From a virus (lineage: Duplodnaviria; Caudoviricetes), in IMG/VR virus record IMGVR_UViG_3300044623_000283, positions 1 through 32,467 of that record: a DNA stretch of 32,467 nt; one strand, given 5' to 3'. The position numbers were made by a program, and so were the translations under genes. The notes under the pieces were generated by a model. It had not been told where the DNA came from. It saw only the letters and a list, made by a program, of their open reading frames with translations, and searched no databases. Shown one piece after another: positions 18,513 to 27,137 of this stretch; positions within the stretch are counted from its first letter, which is position 1, and each line of letters opens with the position of its first letter.

Positions 18513-18682
18513 AGTTCTTCTACTATATAACCATTATTAATATACCATTGTGGAGTCTCAGGTAGGTCATCAGGATACTTCTCATCTTGTAGGCATCCAT
18601 TGTGATCAAGGTAGCAATACCACCAAAAACCACCTAACTCTTCTACTGAGTCCTCTAACCATATTCTATGTGTTGCTTTCAT
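18509..18682 (-). CDS. 57-aa acidic/aromatic hypothetical protein (not in ORF track)
   Basis: MKATHRIWLEDSVEELGGFWWYCYLD...GYIVEEL; ATGA overlaps both ends. Confidence 0.65.
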   Translation of the reverse strand: MKATHRIWLEDSVEELGGFWWYCYLDHNGCLQDEKYPDDLPETPQWYINNGYIVEEL

Positions 18683-18900
18683 AGTGCTTGTATTTCTTGT
18701 TTAACTTTGTTCCAATATTGCTTAAATGGATTAGGTAAGATAACATTGTCCATTGCTTTAATTACCTCATCAACTGCAATCAATGCACAGTACTTAGCTA
18801 TCACAGTACATAGTATCTCTTCACCACATTCAGTATCACTGTTCATTAGCATTATCCTATAGGTATCTACTAACTCTTTTGCTTTTTCTATTGTTGTCAT
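18679..18900 (-). CDS. Conserved Bacteroidota-phage-type hypothetical protein
   Basis: EKAKELV...AKYCALIAVDEVI...YWNKVKQEI. Confidence 0.7.
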   Translation of the reverse strand: MTTIEKAKELVDTYRIMLMNSDTECGEEILCTVIAKYCALIAVDEVIKAMDNVILPNPFKQYWNKVKQEIQAL

Positions 18901-19307
18901 AGCTCCTCAATTTTCAAGATTTCTTTATTGTATTGTTGTTTTACTCCTTGAAACAAATGCTTCCATGTCTTGCCAGTGCAAATATAACTGACTGTTGATT
19001 GATGCAAATTGTATATTTCTGCTATCATTTTTTGTGTCATCTCACCACTCATGTATAGTATCAAGATTCTTGTTGCAATTTCCTCATTGATTTTACTGAA
19101 ATTACAATATTCAGATATACTACCAGTACCACGTTTTTTGTTATCAGTCTTAACATCTTTAACCAATCTGCAAATATGTGTTTCTGTTACATTAAATTCA
19201 TTAGCCAATTCTTTCATAGTTACATTAGATGAGCCGTATTTTTTTTGGATGTCTTTAACTTGATGAATATCAAGCTTTGCTGCATTGCTAAATCTTCCTT
19301 CTTTCAT
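18897..19307 (-). CDS. Tandem-HTH DNA-binding protein
   Basis: Two units (AKL/SKI...LANEFNV/IAEIYNL...GKTWKH) resembling the C-terminal HTH of HNH homing endonucleases. Confidence 0.65.
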   Translation of the reverse strand: MKEGRFSNAAKLDIHQVKDIQKKYGSSNVTMKELANEFNVTETHICRLVKDVKTDNKKRGTGSISEYCNFSKINEEIATRILILYMSGEMTQKMIAEIYNLHQSTVSYICTGKTWKHLFQGVKQQYNKEILKIEEL

Positions 19308-19429
19308 ATCTCCTCAATTTTTAAGATTAAACCTATCCATCTGTCTACCATCAGGAATGCATGTTGTTTGTCGTATGCCTTCACTATCTTGAAGGACTTG
19401 TCTTTCATTGTTACTCTGTATGTTTTCAT
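19304..19429 (-). CDS. 41-aa hypothetical protein (not in ORF track)
   Basis: MKTYRVTMKDKSFKIVKAYDKQHA...ILKIEEI; ATGA overlap with the 19307 gene. Confidence 0.55.
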   Translation of the reverse strand: MKTYRVTMKDKSFKIVKAYDKQHAFLMVDRWIGLILKIEEI

Positions 19430-19520
19430 TTTTAGCTCTTAAGTAGTTAATATAAAGTTGGATGTTAAAGTGACCTCTCTTATTCCAATAGGACTCAATA
19501 TCAGCTATGTTCATTGTCAT
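19314..19520 (-). CDS. Hypothetical protein
   Basis: Likely internal start (MTMNIADIESYW...) of ORF 19314..19613, since the upstream part overlaps the zinc-finger ORF. Confidence 0.4.
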   Translation of the reverse strand: MTMNIADIESYWNKRGHFNIQLYINYLRAKNENIQSNNERQVLQDSEGIRQTTCIPDGRQMDRFNLKN

Positions 19521-19632
19521 CAATGTATCCATTATTACATCCACACTCCTCTTCAGTGTAGTGAATTTCATTACCAAATGTGCAGAAGTGTACCTCAATA
19601 GTACCTTCTCCATTGCAGTCAGGACAAATCAT
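19501..19632 (-). CDS. 43-aa DnaJ-like zinc-finger miniprotein (not in ORF track)
   Basis: MICPDCNGEG...EEECGCNNGYI; ATGA overlap with the upstream gene. Confidence 0.65.
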   Translation of the reverse strand: MICPDCNGEGTIEVHFCTFGNEIHYTEEECGCNNGYIDDNEHS

Positions 19633-19859
19633 AGCTCACAAATTTTAACAGTTGTATACTTTTTGTACTTGAATGTGCTTTTATTTCTCCTAATGCGAGT
19701 ATTCAAGTTGAACTCTTTTATCATCTGACTATGTGTATGCCAGTATGATCTCCATCTTGTTGCTGGTTCTGACTCAGTACCAAATTCTTTTAGTGAAAAT
19801 TGATACATGTCCCAGCAATGTTTCTCTTGTTCAATGATGTGTTTGATTAAATTTTGCAT
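19629..19859 (-). CDS. Early hypothetical protein
   Basis: 76-aa ORF downstream of the early promoter. Confidence 0.65.
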   Translation of the reverse strand: MQNLIKHIIEQEKHCWDMYQFSLKEFGTESEPATRWRSYWHTHSQMIKEFNLNTRIRRNKSTFKYKKYTTVKICEL

Positions 19860-19860
19860 G

Positions 19861-19941
19861 TTACTTTGTTTTAAGTGTTAAAATTTTGATTGTAGCTGCT
19901 ATGCTGTATAGCACTAATAAATAAACGATTGTTCCTTGCAT
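19861..19941 (-). CDS. 26-aa hydrophobic peptide, first ORF after the early promoter
   Basis: MQGTIVYLLVLYSIAATIKILTLKTK; A-rich leader; stop 1 nt before the next ATG. Confidence 0.5.
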   Translation of the reverse strand: MQGTIVYLLVLYSIAATIKILTLKTK

Positions 19942-19972
19942 GTGATATTTTTTTTGGTTAATAATTATGAAA

Positions 19973-20003
19973 CAAAGTTAGTATCTCTTTTCACTTATGC
20001 AAA
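19973..20003 (-). promoter_or_regulatory. Early sigmaA promoter (TTTG-N19-TAACTTTG)
   Basis: Bacteroidota -33 and -7 consensus. Confidence 0.7.
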
Positions 20004-20034
20004 TTAATTAACATATTTTAACATTTGAAGAGAT

Positions 20035-20068
20035 AAAAAAAGGGATAAACTATTAATAGATCATCCCT
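20035..20068 (-). terminator. Intrinsic terminator ending the late/lysis operon
   Basis: AGGGATGA...TTATCCCT stem followed by a T run. Confidence 0.7.
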
Positions 20069-20115
20069 CTTAGGTGTTATTGTAACCAAACAATATACAT
20101 GCAGTACAAATATAC

Positions 20116-20391
20116 TTATTTTTTTCTTCTGAGAATTAATTTTATTAACTTTCCTACAAAGCCTGACTGCTCATTAACATCTACATTCACCTCACCATTG
20201 GTCACTTGTACATCTACCTTCTCAGTATCTATTTTTAGCTCCTTAGAGTCACTATCTTTATTAAACTGAACGTCTAACTTAGGAGTATCCACTTTAACCT
20301 CTGTAGTGCCATCTTTGCGTGTCACTTTAATATCTACATTCTTAGTATCAATGTTGATTTTGATGTCTTTTTTTTTCTTAGGTGTTTTCAT
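20116..20391 (-). CDS. Lys/Asp/Val-rich beta-repeat protein
   Basis: Three (I/V)DTx(K/N)(V/L)D(V/I) units; basic ends. Confidence 0.65.
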   Translation of the reverse strand: MKTPKKKKDIKINIDTKNVDIKVTRKDGTTEVKVDTPKLDVQFNKDSDSKELKIDTEKVDVQVTNGEVNVDVNEQSGFVGKLIKLILRRKK

Positions 20392-20909
20392 TATGCTTCG
20401 TTTTGACTAATTTCTCCTTTTGTTTCTAATTTTACTACTCTTACATTGGATGGTTGAGCTATTTTCCAAGCAGTTCTTCTAGCTTGACTTAATCTTGACT
20501 TCTCAATTCTCATCACATTGACCTGGTTGTTTTGATTTCCTCCAAGAACATGATAACATGTAGTATCTTCTCCAATATAAATACCAACATGTCCTCCTCC
20601 ATTTCTTGTGAATGTTAATACATCACCAAGCATTGGAACCTGAGCTACATTTCCAAATTTATTCCAGTTCAAGGCCCATAAAGGATGTTTAACAACATCT
20701 AATCCTTGAGCATGGCAGCAATAAGCTATAAAAAGTCCACACCAGGGAATCTCATCATTAGTATAAACTGATTTTAAACCAATAGCTTCAGCCCATGCAA
20801 GTATCTTTTTATTGTGTTGTTTACCTACAATCTCCTTAGTACCTATATGCTTGATAGCTTCTACTAATATCTTAGGACCTTTCTCTTCTTTTAACCAGGT
20901 GTAACTCAT
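20391..20909 (-). CDS. Endolysin, TIGR02594-like NlpC/P60-CHAP cysteine peptidase
   Basis: DEIPWCGLF, GGGHVG, VLGGNQ. Confidence 0.85.
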   Translation of the reverse strand: MSYTWLKEEKGPKILVEAIKHIGTKEIVGKQHNKKILAWAEAIGLKSVYTNDEIPWCGLFIAYCCHAQGLDVVKHPLWALNWNKFGNVAQVPMLGDVLTFTRNGGGHVGIYIGEDTTCYHVLGGNQNNQVNVMRIEKSRLSQARRTAWKIAQPSNVRVVKLETKGEISQNEA

Positions 20910-21151
20910 AATGAATCTTTAAGTATATAAATGTACTTAACTTTCTTTTTTACAGTCAATAAGCTATCTACATCATGTTTAAGTTGTTCAACTTTTACAC
21001 TATTTTCTTTCTCAAGATCATGTAGATATTTTTCAGCTTTGATTGTGATTAAATCTTTTTTATGATCTTGATATTGATGCACTGGCATGGGTGTAAAAAT
21101 TGCTAAAAGAGAGCTCACAATTGTGACAATCAATAAAACCTTATTCTCCAT
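20906..21151 (-). CDS. Membrane-anchored lysis accessory protein (spanin-like)
   Basis: N-terminal TM plus coiled coil, between holin and endolysin. Confidence 0.45.
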   Translation of the reverse strand: MENKVLLIVTIVSSLLAIFTPMPVHQYQDHKKDLITIKAEKYLHDLEKENSVKVEQLKHDVDSLLTVKKKVKYIYILKDSL

Positions 21152-21383
21152 CTAATTTTTTGTTAAGTTCTTTTTGGAATAGTATATCTTGCATTAATTT
21201 TTTATCAGATTTTCTCTCCTCATCACAATCATTAATCTTTTGCTGTTGCTGTTTAATCTCAGTATCTTTTGATGTAATAATATATCTACCAATCATAATG
21301 AGTATAGTCAATAAAATAAAGAAAATATAAGTGAATGGACTTTTCCCAAATGTCTTATAATCTAATTTAAAAATGTTTTCCAT
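21141..21383 (-). CDS. Putative holin
   Basis: Single TM plus charged C-terminus, first gene of the lysis cassette. Confidence 0.5.
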   Translation of the reverse strand: MENIFKLDYKTFGKSPFTYIFFILLTILIMIGRYIITSKDTEIKQQQQKINDCDEERKSDKKLMQDILFQKELNKKLDGE

Positions 21384-21386
21384 ACT

Positions 21387-21404
21387 TATTATGCTTAATC
21401 GTTC
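21387..21404 (-). promoter_or_regulatory. Putative late promoter GAAC-N8-ATAATA upstream of the lysis cassette
   Basis: GAAC GATTAAGC ATAATA, 3 nt before the ATG. Confidence 0.6.
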
Positions 21405-21859
21405 TGAAAGTCATAATCATCATAAGGTATAGAACACCAATCATTGTTATCATAGATAGATGCATTCACTGATATTGTCCATCCAGCAGTTACATCTGGT
21501 CCTCTATTAATGAATGGTTGTGTTGTAATATCTCCATTAATATCCATAAAGTCCTCAAATCTCCATTGTTGGAATGTGATTCTTATGTCATTGCAGATAC
21601 TTAAGCAATCAGAATGTATCTCATCAATCTGTCTATATTCTTGGATATTGTATTTGTCACATATTGTGATGATCATATTAACATTAACAGCTTGAGTAGT
21701 CATTGATCCAGGTTGCAATGTTACAACCATTAATGGATATTGTGCTGCATCTCTAGAAACAGCATCAATATAATCACCTTGAAAGAATTCTCTTATCTGT
21801 TTGTGCTTTGTTGCTATTATTTGCAACTCTTTCATTAGTTGGTTGAGAGTTCTTTCCAT
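21395..21859 (-). CDS. Putative tail terminator / neck protein
   Basis: 154 aa acidic; YPLMVV, PF...VTAGW, CSIP; follows the adaptor gene. Confidence 0.55.
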   Translation of the reverse strand: MERTLNQLMKELQIIATKHKQIREFFQGDYIDAVSRDAAQYPLMVVTLQPGSMTTQAVNVNMIITICDKYNIQEYRQIDEIHSDCLSICNDIRITFQQWRFEDFMDINGDITTQPFINRGPDVTAGWTISVNASIYDNNDWCSIPYDDYDFQND

Positions 21860-21907
21860 TTTTTTCTAGGTAAAATTTAAGCTTATCAATTTGTTTTTTT
21901 GAGAATT

Positions 21908-22420
21908 TCATCTGATCCAATTTAGTGGACTATAACCTGTCTTATCTTTTCTTACAAATTCATTACAATGATCAGAGCACATATCACAATATTCTGGATA
22001 CTTAGTAGCTTGATCATCCATTAAGTAACCTATCAATCTTTCTTTGTAGAAATATGCATCTTTCCTTAATTGGTCTCTAAATTCATCAACCTCAGCCAAA
22101 GTATTAGCTTGTATATTTTCATCCTGTACTCTACCAGTAGTCTTATTAGTTATCTTTTCAGTTACCAATAAAGCTGCTCTATAATCAACAAATGCTACTA
22201 AGCAAGGAATAACATATTCATTCATAAGATCTAAATAGTCTTGAGTCCAGGTATTGGTTTCAACTCTATCAAGTAATGCTCTATAAAGCGGAGTTCCTAG
22301 AGCTGGTTGAATATGCATATCTTGACTTCTCTTAATAGCTACTGCTAAAAGCTTAGTGTCTGTATTATTGTGAATAAGTCCAAGCTTCTTTAGATTCTCC
22401 ACTGAAAGTAAATAATTCAT
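21908..22420 (-). CDS. Head-tail adaptor protein
   Basis: SQDMHIQPALGTPLY, YVIPCL; directly after the portal. Confidence 0.6.
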   Translation of the reverse strand: MNYLLSVENLKKLGLIHNNTDTKLLAVAIKRSQDMHIQPALGTPLYRALLDRVETNTWTQDYLDLMNEYVIPCLVAFVDYRAALLVTEKITNKTTGRVQDENIQANTLAEVDEFRDQLRKDAYFYKERLIGYLMDDQATKYPEYCDMCSDHCNEFVRKDKTGYSPLNWIR

Positions 22421-22423
22421 ATC

Positions 22424-24415
22424 TTATCTTTTTACTACTAATTGCTGAATCCATTCATGTCTACACCATGGAGTTGATTTACCAGTATCTGGATTTGTAT
22501 ACCATCCACCTCTATATCTCCATACATCTCTATCAACTCTATTTGATATACTATTAATTTCATCTCTTGAATATAGTCTATTCAATGAAATAAGTCTCTC
22601 GCAAAATTGTCTTGATCCACTCTTTGCTGGAGGCACATCTAATCTGGTCCTGTATCCATATCTTACTTCGAATCTTTCAATAGGAATATTTTCTTCTCTT
22701 ACTAATTGCTTTCCTAAATCTGTTACTTCTCCCTTTGTAATCACTTCCCATTTCATAAGCTTAGCCATTGACTTAGCAATCTCTTCAATGTTAGTATTAA
22801 GAGCTTTAGCAATAGCATTAGAGTCTTCACCATCACCTAACATCTTAAGAACATTCTTATCAAAGTCATTTAGTTCTGCTGATATCTCTCCAATGGTTGC
22901 AAATAATTGGTCTTGTTTAGTAAATACATCAGCAGATGGAGTATCCCAAGCAATTGGAAAAGTAGCAAATACTTCATATTTATCTGCTGATTCACCACAT
23001 TGAGCAAAGTATCCAATCTCATCATCTGAGAATGTATCAACATGCTTACAAGATGACATTTGTTGAGGAGCTGAATTTAATCCTACAATTTTACGAGCTT
23101 GGATTTCATCAATTGTTGGAAATGATGCCAATACAACTTGTAATGCAGCATCTGGAGTCAATATTCCCTCCTTTATTTTAGCCACTACATCAATAAGTGA
23201 TGCAATCTGAGCTCCATTTAATGCTGATTTAGCAACATCAACTGGTGCCTCTGCTGTTGGTTGATTAGGAGTTGGTTGATTAAGAGTTGGTTGATTAGGA
23301 GTTGATTGTGTTGGAGCATTATTAGTTACTCCAATTGGATTAACATCTCTAAGAGTAAGAGTTCCTACATCACCAGATAGTGTAACCATGTAATTTAATA
23401 TCCATTCGATTCTTTTTTGTCTTGTGTTGACATAAGTGTTTTTGAATATCTCAAATAACTCAGCAGATTCAGCAGCATTGAATGATCCTTCTGGAGCTAC
23501 ACCAAACAATGAAGGAGAAACAACTGAATGTGCTACAAGAATATTCTGCTGAACTGATTTCTCAAGAGCACTATATCTTTTATCTAAGTCATTTCCATTT
23601 AAACTCTCTACCTTTGGAGCTTGATCAGCTGATGCAGCAAATGTGATTATAATATCACCACTATTTTCAATATTAGATGCTGGATCTTTGATTTGATTTT
23701 TAAATGATTCTGCCTCCTCTTGTGTCTCTGGGAAACCATTCATGAATGTGATCATAGTTCCTGACTTGAATCCATTCTGTAACTCATACATGTTGAATTT
23801 AGAGATATCAACATCAGTTTGAATAGCTGTTAATCCACCTTGATAAACAGGCTTAGGATATACTCCATGTTCTTTCCTTCCTTTCTTAGCTGGATCTTTA
23901 TAATAAAGCACAAATGATCCAACTTTTTTATCTTCATCTAGAGCTGGAATAGTTCTAAGATTTGTTTTCTCAGCTGATTGTTGTTGCATTGTCCAATCAT
24001 CTGATATATAATACATTCTTTCATCTGATGATACTCTTATTGCATCTAATGGTAGATATTCCCAAACAGCTACTCTTGTACCTTCTAGATTCCAAGTACC
24101 TTTAACTGCAAATGCTCCAAATAATTCATAATCAAATGTCAATTGCTCAACAATCTCATCCATTGTGAAATCAGAATAGGAGTTATTCAGAAACCTTTCT
24201 AAGTTACCAGTAACAACTTCAAGACCTCCACCAGCAATGTAGTGAGTTTTATTCTTGATTATTCCTTGGTGCCATGCTGAACCATTATAAAGGTCCACTA
24301 AAAAATAAGGATAGTCATTCTTTTTTCCCCATTTGATAAATCCAAGTAATCTATCTTGTTCCTCAACTGGCAGGACAAAGTCCTTTCTAAATGACATTGA
24401 TTCAAACTTATTCAT
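22424..24415 (-). CDS. Portal protein with C-terminal extensions (linker, wHTH-like, MuF/minor-capsid-like)
   Basis: WGKKNDYP, SAWHQGII, YPKPVY, ILVAHSVVSPSLFG; C-terminal SRQFC...GGWY...CRHEW. Confidence 0.8.
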   Translation of the reverse strand: MNKFESMSFRKDFVLPVEEQDRLLGFIKWGKKNDYPYFLVDLYNGSAWHQGIIKNKTHYIAGGGLEVVTGNLERFLNNSYSDFTMDEIVEQLTFDYELFGAFAVKGTWNLEGTRVAVWEYLPLDAIRVSSDERMYYISDDWTMQQQSAEKTNLRTIPALDEDKKVGSFVLYYKDPAKKGRKEHGVYPKPVYQGGLTAIQTDVDISKFNMYELQNGFKSGTMITFMNGFPETQEEAESFKNQIKDPASNIENSGDIIITFAASADQAPKVESLNGNDLDKRYSALEKSVQQNILVAHSVVSPSLFGVAPEGSFNAAESAELFEIFKNTYVNTRQKRIEWILNYMVTLSGDVGTLTLRDVNPIGVTNNAPTQSTPNQPTLNQPTPNQPTAEAPVDVAKSALNGAQIASLIDVVAKIKEGILTPDAALQVVLASFPTIDEIQARKIVGLNSAPQQMSSCKHVDTFSDDEIGYFAQCGESADKYEVFATFPIAWDTPSADVFTKQDQLFATIGEISAELNDFDKNVLKMLGDGEDSNAIAKALNTNIEEIAKSMAKLMKWEVITKGEVTDLGKQLVREENIPIERFEVRYGYRTRLDVPPAKSGSRQFCERLISLNRLYSRDEINSISNRVDRDVWRYRGGWYTNPDTGKSTPWCRHEWIQQLVVKR
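23256..23308. repeat. 15-bp tandem repeat (about 3.5 copies) encoding (P/L)NQPT
   Basis: gttggttgattagga / gttggttgattaaga / gttggttgattagga / gttgattg. Confidence 0.9.
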
Positions 24416-24776
24416 ATATATTGAATGTTATATTTTCATTATACTCATTAGATGGAGAATCAATAACATAAACATGAGCTCTCCCTTCTTCTACTAAACC
24501 ATCAGATAAAATTGGATCTAAATTAGTTGATGATATTTGCTGATAAATTCTATAAGTATAGTATCCATCATAATCAAAATTTAAATCTACTCCATCAACA
24601 AGCTCAAACTCATCATATCTTGCTGTAGCTAAGCTTATATTATCTAGAATACAGTAATACTTTAAGAATGATTGCTCATGTTCAAATTCAAATAGGTAGT
24701 AAACTGGACTAACTGTTGTCAGTTCGGTTACTGTCACTATCAGAATTGAAGTTGAGTCCTTCAGTATTTTTAGCAT
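24408..24776 (-). CDS. Putative structural protein
   Basis: 122 aa acidic, beta-rich, GYYTYRIYQQ...VEEG; precedes the portal. Confidence 0.55.
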   Translation of the reverse strand: MLKILKDSTSILIVTVTELTTVSPVYYLFEFEHEQSFLKYYCILDNISLATARYDEFELVDGVDLNFDYDGYYTYRIYQQISSTNLDPILSDGLVEEGRAHVYVIDSPSNEYNENITFNIYE

Positions 24777-24924
24777 TTTTAATTAATTTAGGTTTCTTTA
24801 TTTCAAATATATGAATAAATCCAAGTACATGGTAAAAGTCCTCTTTACCTCTTTTAATATCAATCCATTTGCTCAATAATACTGACCATTGTTTTGATCC
24901 AATAAACTTTGCTTTTATTTCCAT
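24709..24924 (-). CDS. Hypothetical protein
   Basis: Likely ATG at 24924 (MEIKAKFIG), 3 nt after TATATTTG. Confidence 0.5.
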   Translation of the reverse strand: MEIKAKFIGSKQWSVLLSKWIDIKRGKEDFYHVLGFIHIFEIKKPKLIKNAKNTEGLNFNSDSDSNRTDNS

Positions 24925-24936
24925 GTTCAAATATAC

Positions 24937-24962
24937 AAAAAAAGGAGGGACATAGCCCTCCC
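24937..24962 (-). terminator. Intrinsic terminator after the major tail gene, abutting a TATATTTG promoter (24928-24935)
   Basis: GGAGGG-CTATGT-CCCTCC followed by T7. Confidence 0.75.
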
Positions 24963-24986
24963 TTTAAAAATCACTTCAATCAATTC

Positions 24987-25517
24987 TTAGATAGATGGCG
25001 ATTGTTGACCTATTAATGAAGCGTAAACACCTGGATCAACATCCGGAACAGGATCATTTTCTAATCCTCCCATAATGATGTCATGTCCTAATCTGTCAGA
25101 CTTAATTACTCCAGAACCATAAGCAGAAGCTTCAGCAATTTGAAGTCCTTCACCAAATCCAAGAGCAACAACAATACCATCAGCTTTCTCAACAAGAGCA
25201 ACACACTCATTCTGTCCTACTAAGTGAATCTCTGAACGTAATTCTTTAGTATCTGAAGCTAAGATCATAGTCAAAGTTTGTTCATACCAAAGAGTTCCAT
25301 TTCCTTTATTCACTCTGATTGGTGCAGTATAACTTGATAAGTTTGATTTTAACTTATACAAAAATACTTCACCTGTTACAGTCAAAGCAGTCACTTCATT
25401 GTCTACAATTGTAGACGCAGTTACATTCTCTAATGGAAATATCATAACAGATTTTATACCACCTTTACCGTTGGTACAAGTTCTGTCATTATATCCCTGT
25501 GTCATATTACAGCTCAT
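24987..25517 (-). CDS. Major tail tube protein (putative)
   Basis: 176 aa after the MCP; C...C..GKGGIK, NGTLWYEQTLT pattern of Bacteroidota siphovirus tube proteins. Confidence 0.65.
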   Translation of the reverse strand: MSCNMTQGYNDRTCTNGKGGIKSVMIFPLENVTASTIVDNEVTALTVTGEVFLYKLKSNLSSYTAPIRVNKGNGTLWYEQTLTMILASDTKELRSEIHLVGQNECVALVEKADGIVVALGFGEGLQIAEASAYGSGVIKSDRLGHDIIMGGLENDPVPDVDPGVYASLIGQQSPSI

Positions 25518-25547
25518 TGCTTTTTATTTTTTTAATGTTATTAAATA

Positions 25548-25567
25548 GGGAGGAGTCACCCCCTCCC
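25548..25567 (-). terminator. Hairpin after the major capsid gene (weak terminator or stabiliser)
   Basis: GGGAGGGG-TGAC-TCCTCCC-type stem with a weak U tail. Confidence 0.5.
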
Positions 25568-25577
25568 ATTATTTTTC

Positions 25578-26549
25578 TTAGTTAGGTGAAGATGTTCCAT
25601 TCCAAACTCCGATTTGGCTCAAGAAAGGTACCTGAACACCAGCTCTAAATTTAGATCTTAAGTAGATTACATCATCATCTTGAGAATACCATAAGTCAAA
25701 GTTCTCAAAGTCAGAGCTTAAGTCAGTTCCAAATACAAATTGAGAAGCTCTACCAGTATAGATGTTATCTAATCCATTTAATCCGTTAACTTTAACAATT
25801 CTCATGTTTGTTCCTGGAAGGATTAACTCATTCAAGTCACCAATGTTAGCTGGATTGTAGTGGAATAAATTATCATCAACTAAATTCTTAGTTAAGAAGT
25901 TAAAATTCTCACGACCTGTAAAACAGATAAAGTCATTAGTCTCAGCTACATTTGCTGGAGTTTCAACGAAACATTCATAGAACACATCAAATGCATTAGA
26001 TGCAGAGATTGTTGCTACTGAAGATGCATTCAAGTTAACACAACCATTTGCAACTGTTAAGAATTGACGGAATCCATTCATTTTAGATAAGTTACCTGAT
26101 CCAGTAGCTTTGTTACCTTTCCAGATTAATTTATCTAATTCAAATGAATGTAACTGCAATAAATAGCTGATGATTTGTGCTTCAAATGGAAGAGTTTTAT
26201 CTTCAGCCATTGCACCTGGTCTCAATCCTAACTGAGTCCAGAAACCATCTAAATCTTTTTGACAGAAAGATTTCATGTAACCTAATGTCTCTACTGCAAT
26301 TGCTCTATCAGTGAACACAGTGTCACCATTTGGAGTCATTGTACAGTCACCATCTTGGTAAACGATTGAATCATCCATTAATTTCAATTCTTGAGATCCT
26401 TTAATCCCTTGTTGAATTGATACATATTGCAATGTTCTAGCTTCAGTTACTGACTTAACAATTAAGTCTTCTCTTTGCTCATCAACATAAGCTGCTAAAC
26501 CAGATACATCCCAGTTAAATTTTGTGCTTAAATATTTTTTTAACGACAT
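25578..26549 (-). CDS. Major capsid protein
   Basis: 323 aa after protease and scaffold; FCQKDL, LIWKGN, FVFGTDL, FRAGVQ. Confidence 0.85.
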   Translation of the reverse strand: MSLKKYLSTKFNWDVSGLAAYVDEQREDLIVKSVTEARTLQYVSIQQGIKGSQELKLMDDSIVYQDGDCTMTPNGDTVFTDRAIAVETLGYMKSFCQKDLDGFWTQLGLRPGAMAEDKTLPFEAQIISYLLQLHSFELDKLIWKGNKATGSGNLSKMNGFRQFLTVANGCVNLNASSVATISASNAFDVFYECFVETPANVAETNDFICFTGRENFNFLTKNLVDDNLFHYNPANIGDLNELILPGTNMRIVKVNGLNGLDNIYTGRASQFVFGTDLSSDFENFDLWYSQDDDVIYLRSKFRAGVQVPFLSQIGVWNGTSSPN

Positions 26550-26554
26550 TTTTA

Positions 26555-27133
26555 TTAGATTTTAGAATTTTTTAAGAATAATTGTCTAGCTGTTAGGTTG
26601 CCAACCTTGCTGAATTTTTCAGCTTCTTTTGTCTCTACAGATGGTTTAGCTTTGAAAGCCTCGAATTCACTTTTCAAAGTACTTAACTCATTGATAAGAG
26701 TATTATTTGTTTCTACAATAGTCTTAGTCATTTCTGCCAATCCTTCGACAGCTTTGGAGAATGACTCAAGCTTTGCATTTACAATTGATTCAACTTGATC
26801 AGCACTCATGGATTCTGCTGTTGTTTCTTCAACAACAACTTCTCCAGCTCCTTCATTTTGTCTTTCATCAATAACCTCAGTTATGATACCTTCTGCATCA
26901 ACAACAATAGATACACCAGCAAGTTCTCCACTCAATGAATGAGTTCCTTCAGGAGCTGGTATTCTTTCGCCATCTGCAACAACAAAAACTGGCATTCCAA
27001 CTTCAAGAGCATCATACTCAATAGTTGTTACACCATCAGTTAAAACTGCTGTATCAAATTTGTCAACTGACTTAGAGAATTGTGCTTTCATTTCAGCAAT
27101 CAATTCCTTAATGGTAGTTAGTTCTTTATTCAT
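26555..27133 (-). CDS. Scaffold protein
   Basis: Acidic; PAPEGTHSL...VDAEGII plus coiled coil; between protease and MCP. Confidence 0.7.
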   Translation of the reverse strand: MNKELTTIKELIAEMKAQFSKSVDKFDTAVLTDGVTTIEYDALEVGMPVFVVADGERIPAPEGTHSLSGELAGVSIVVDAEGIITEVIDERQNEGAGEVVVEETTAESMSADQVESIVNAKLESFSKAVEGLAEMTKTIVETNNTLINELSTLKSEFEAFKAKPSVETKEAEKFSKVGNLTARQLFLKNSKI

Positions 27134-27137
27134 ATTC

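Noticed and set aside
19942-20115. tRNA or attP in the intergenic region
   Set aside because: No cloverleaf or T-loop signature; the region is explained by promoters and a terminator
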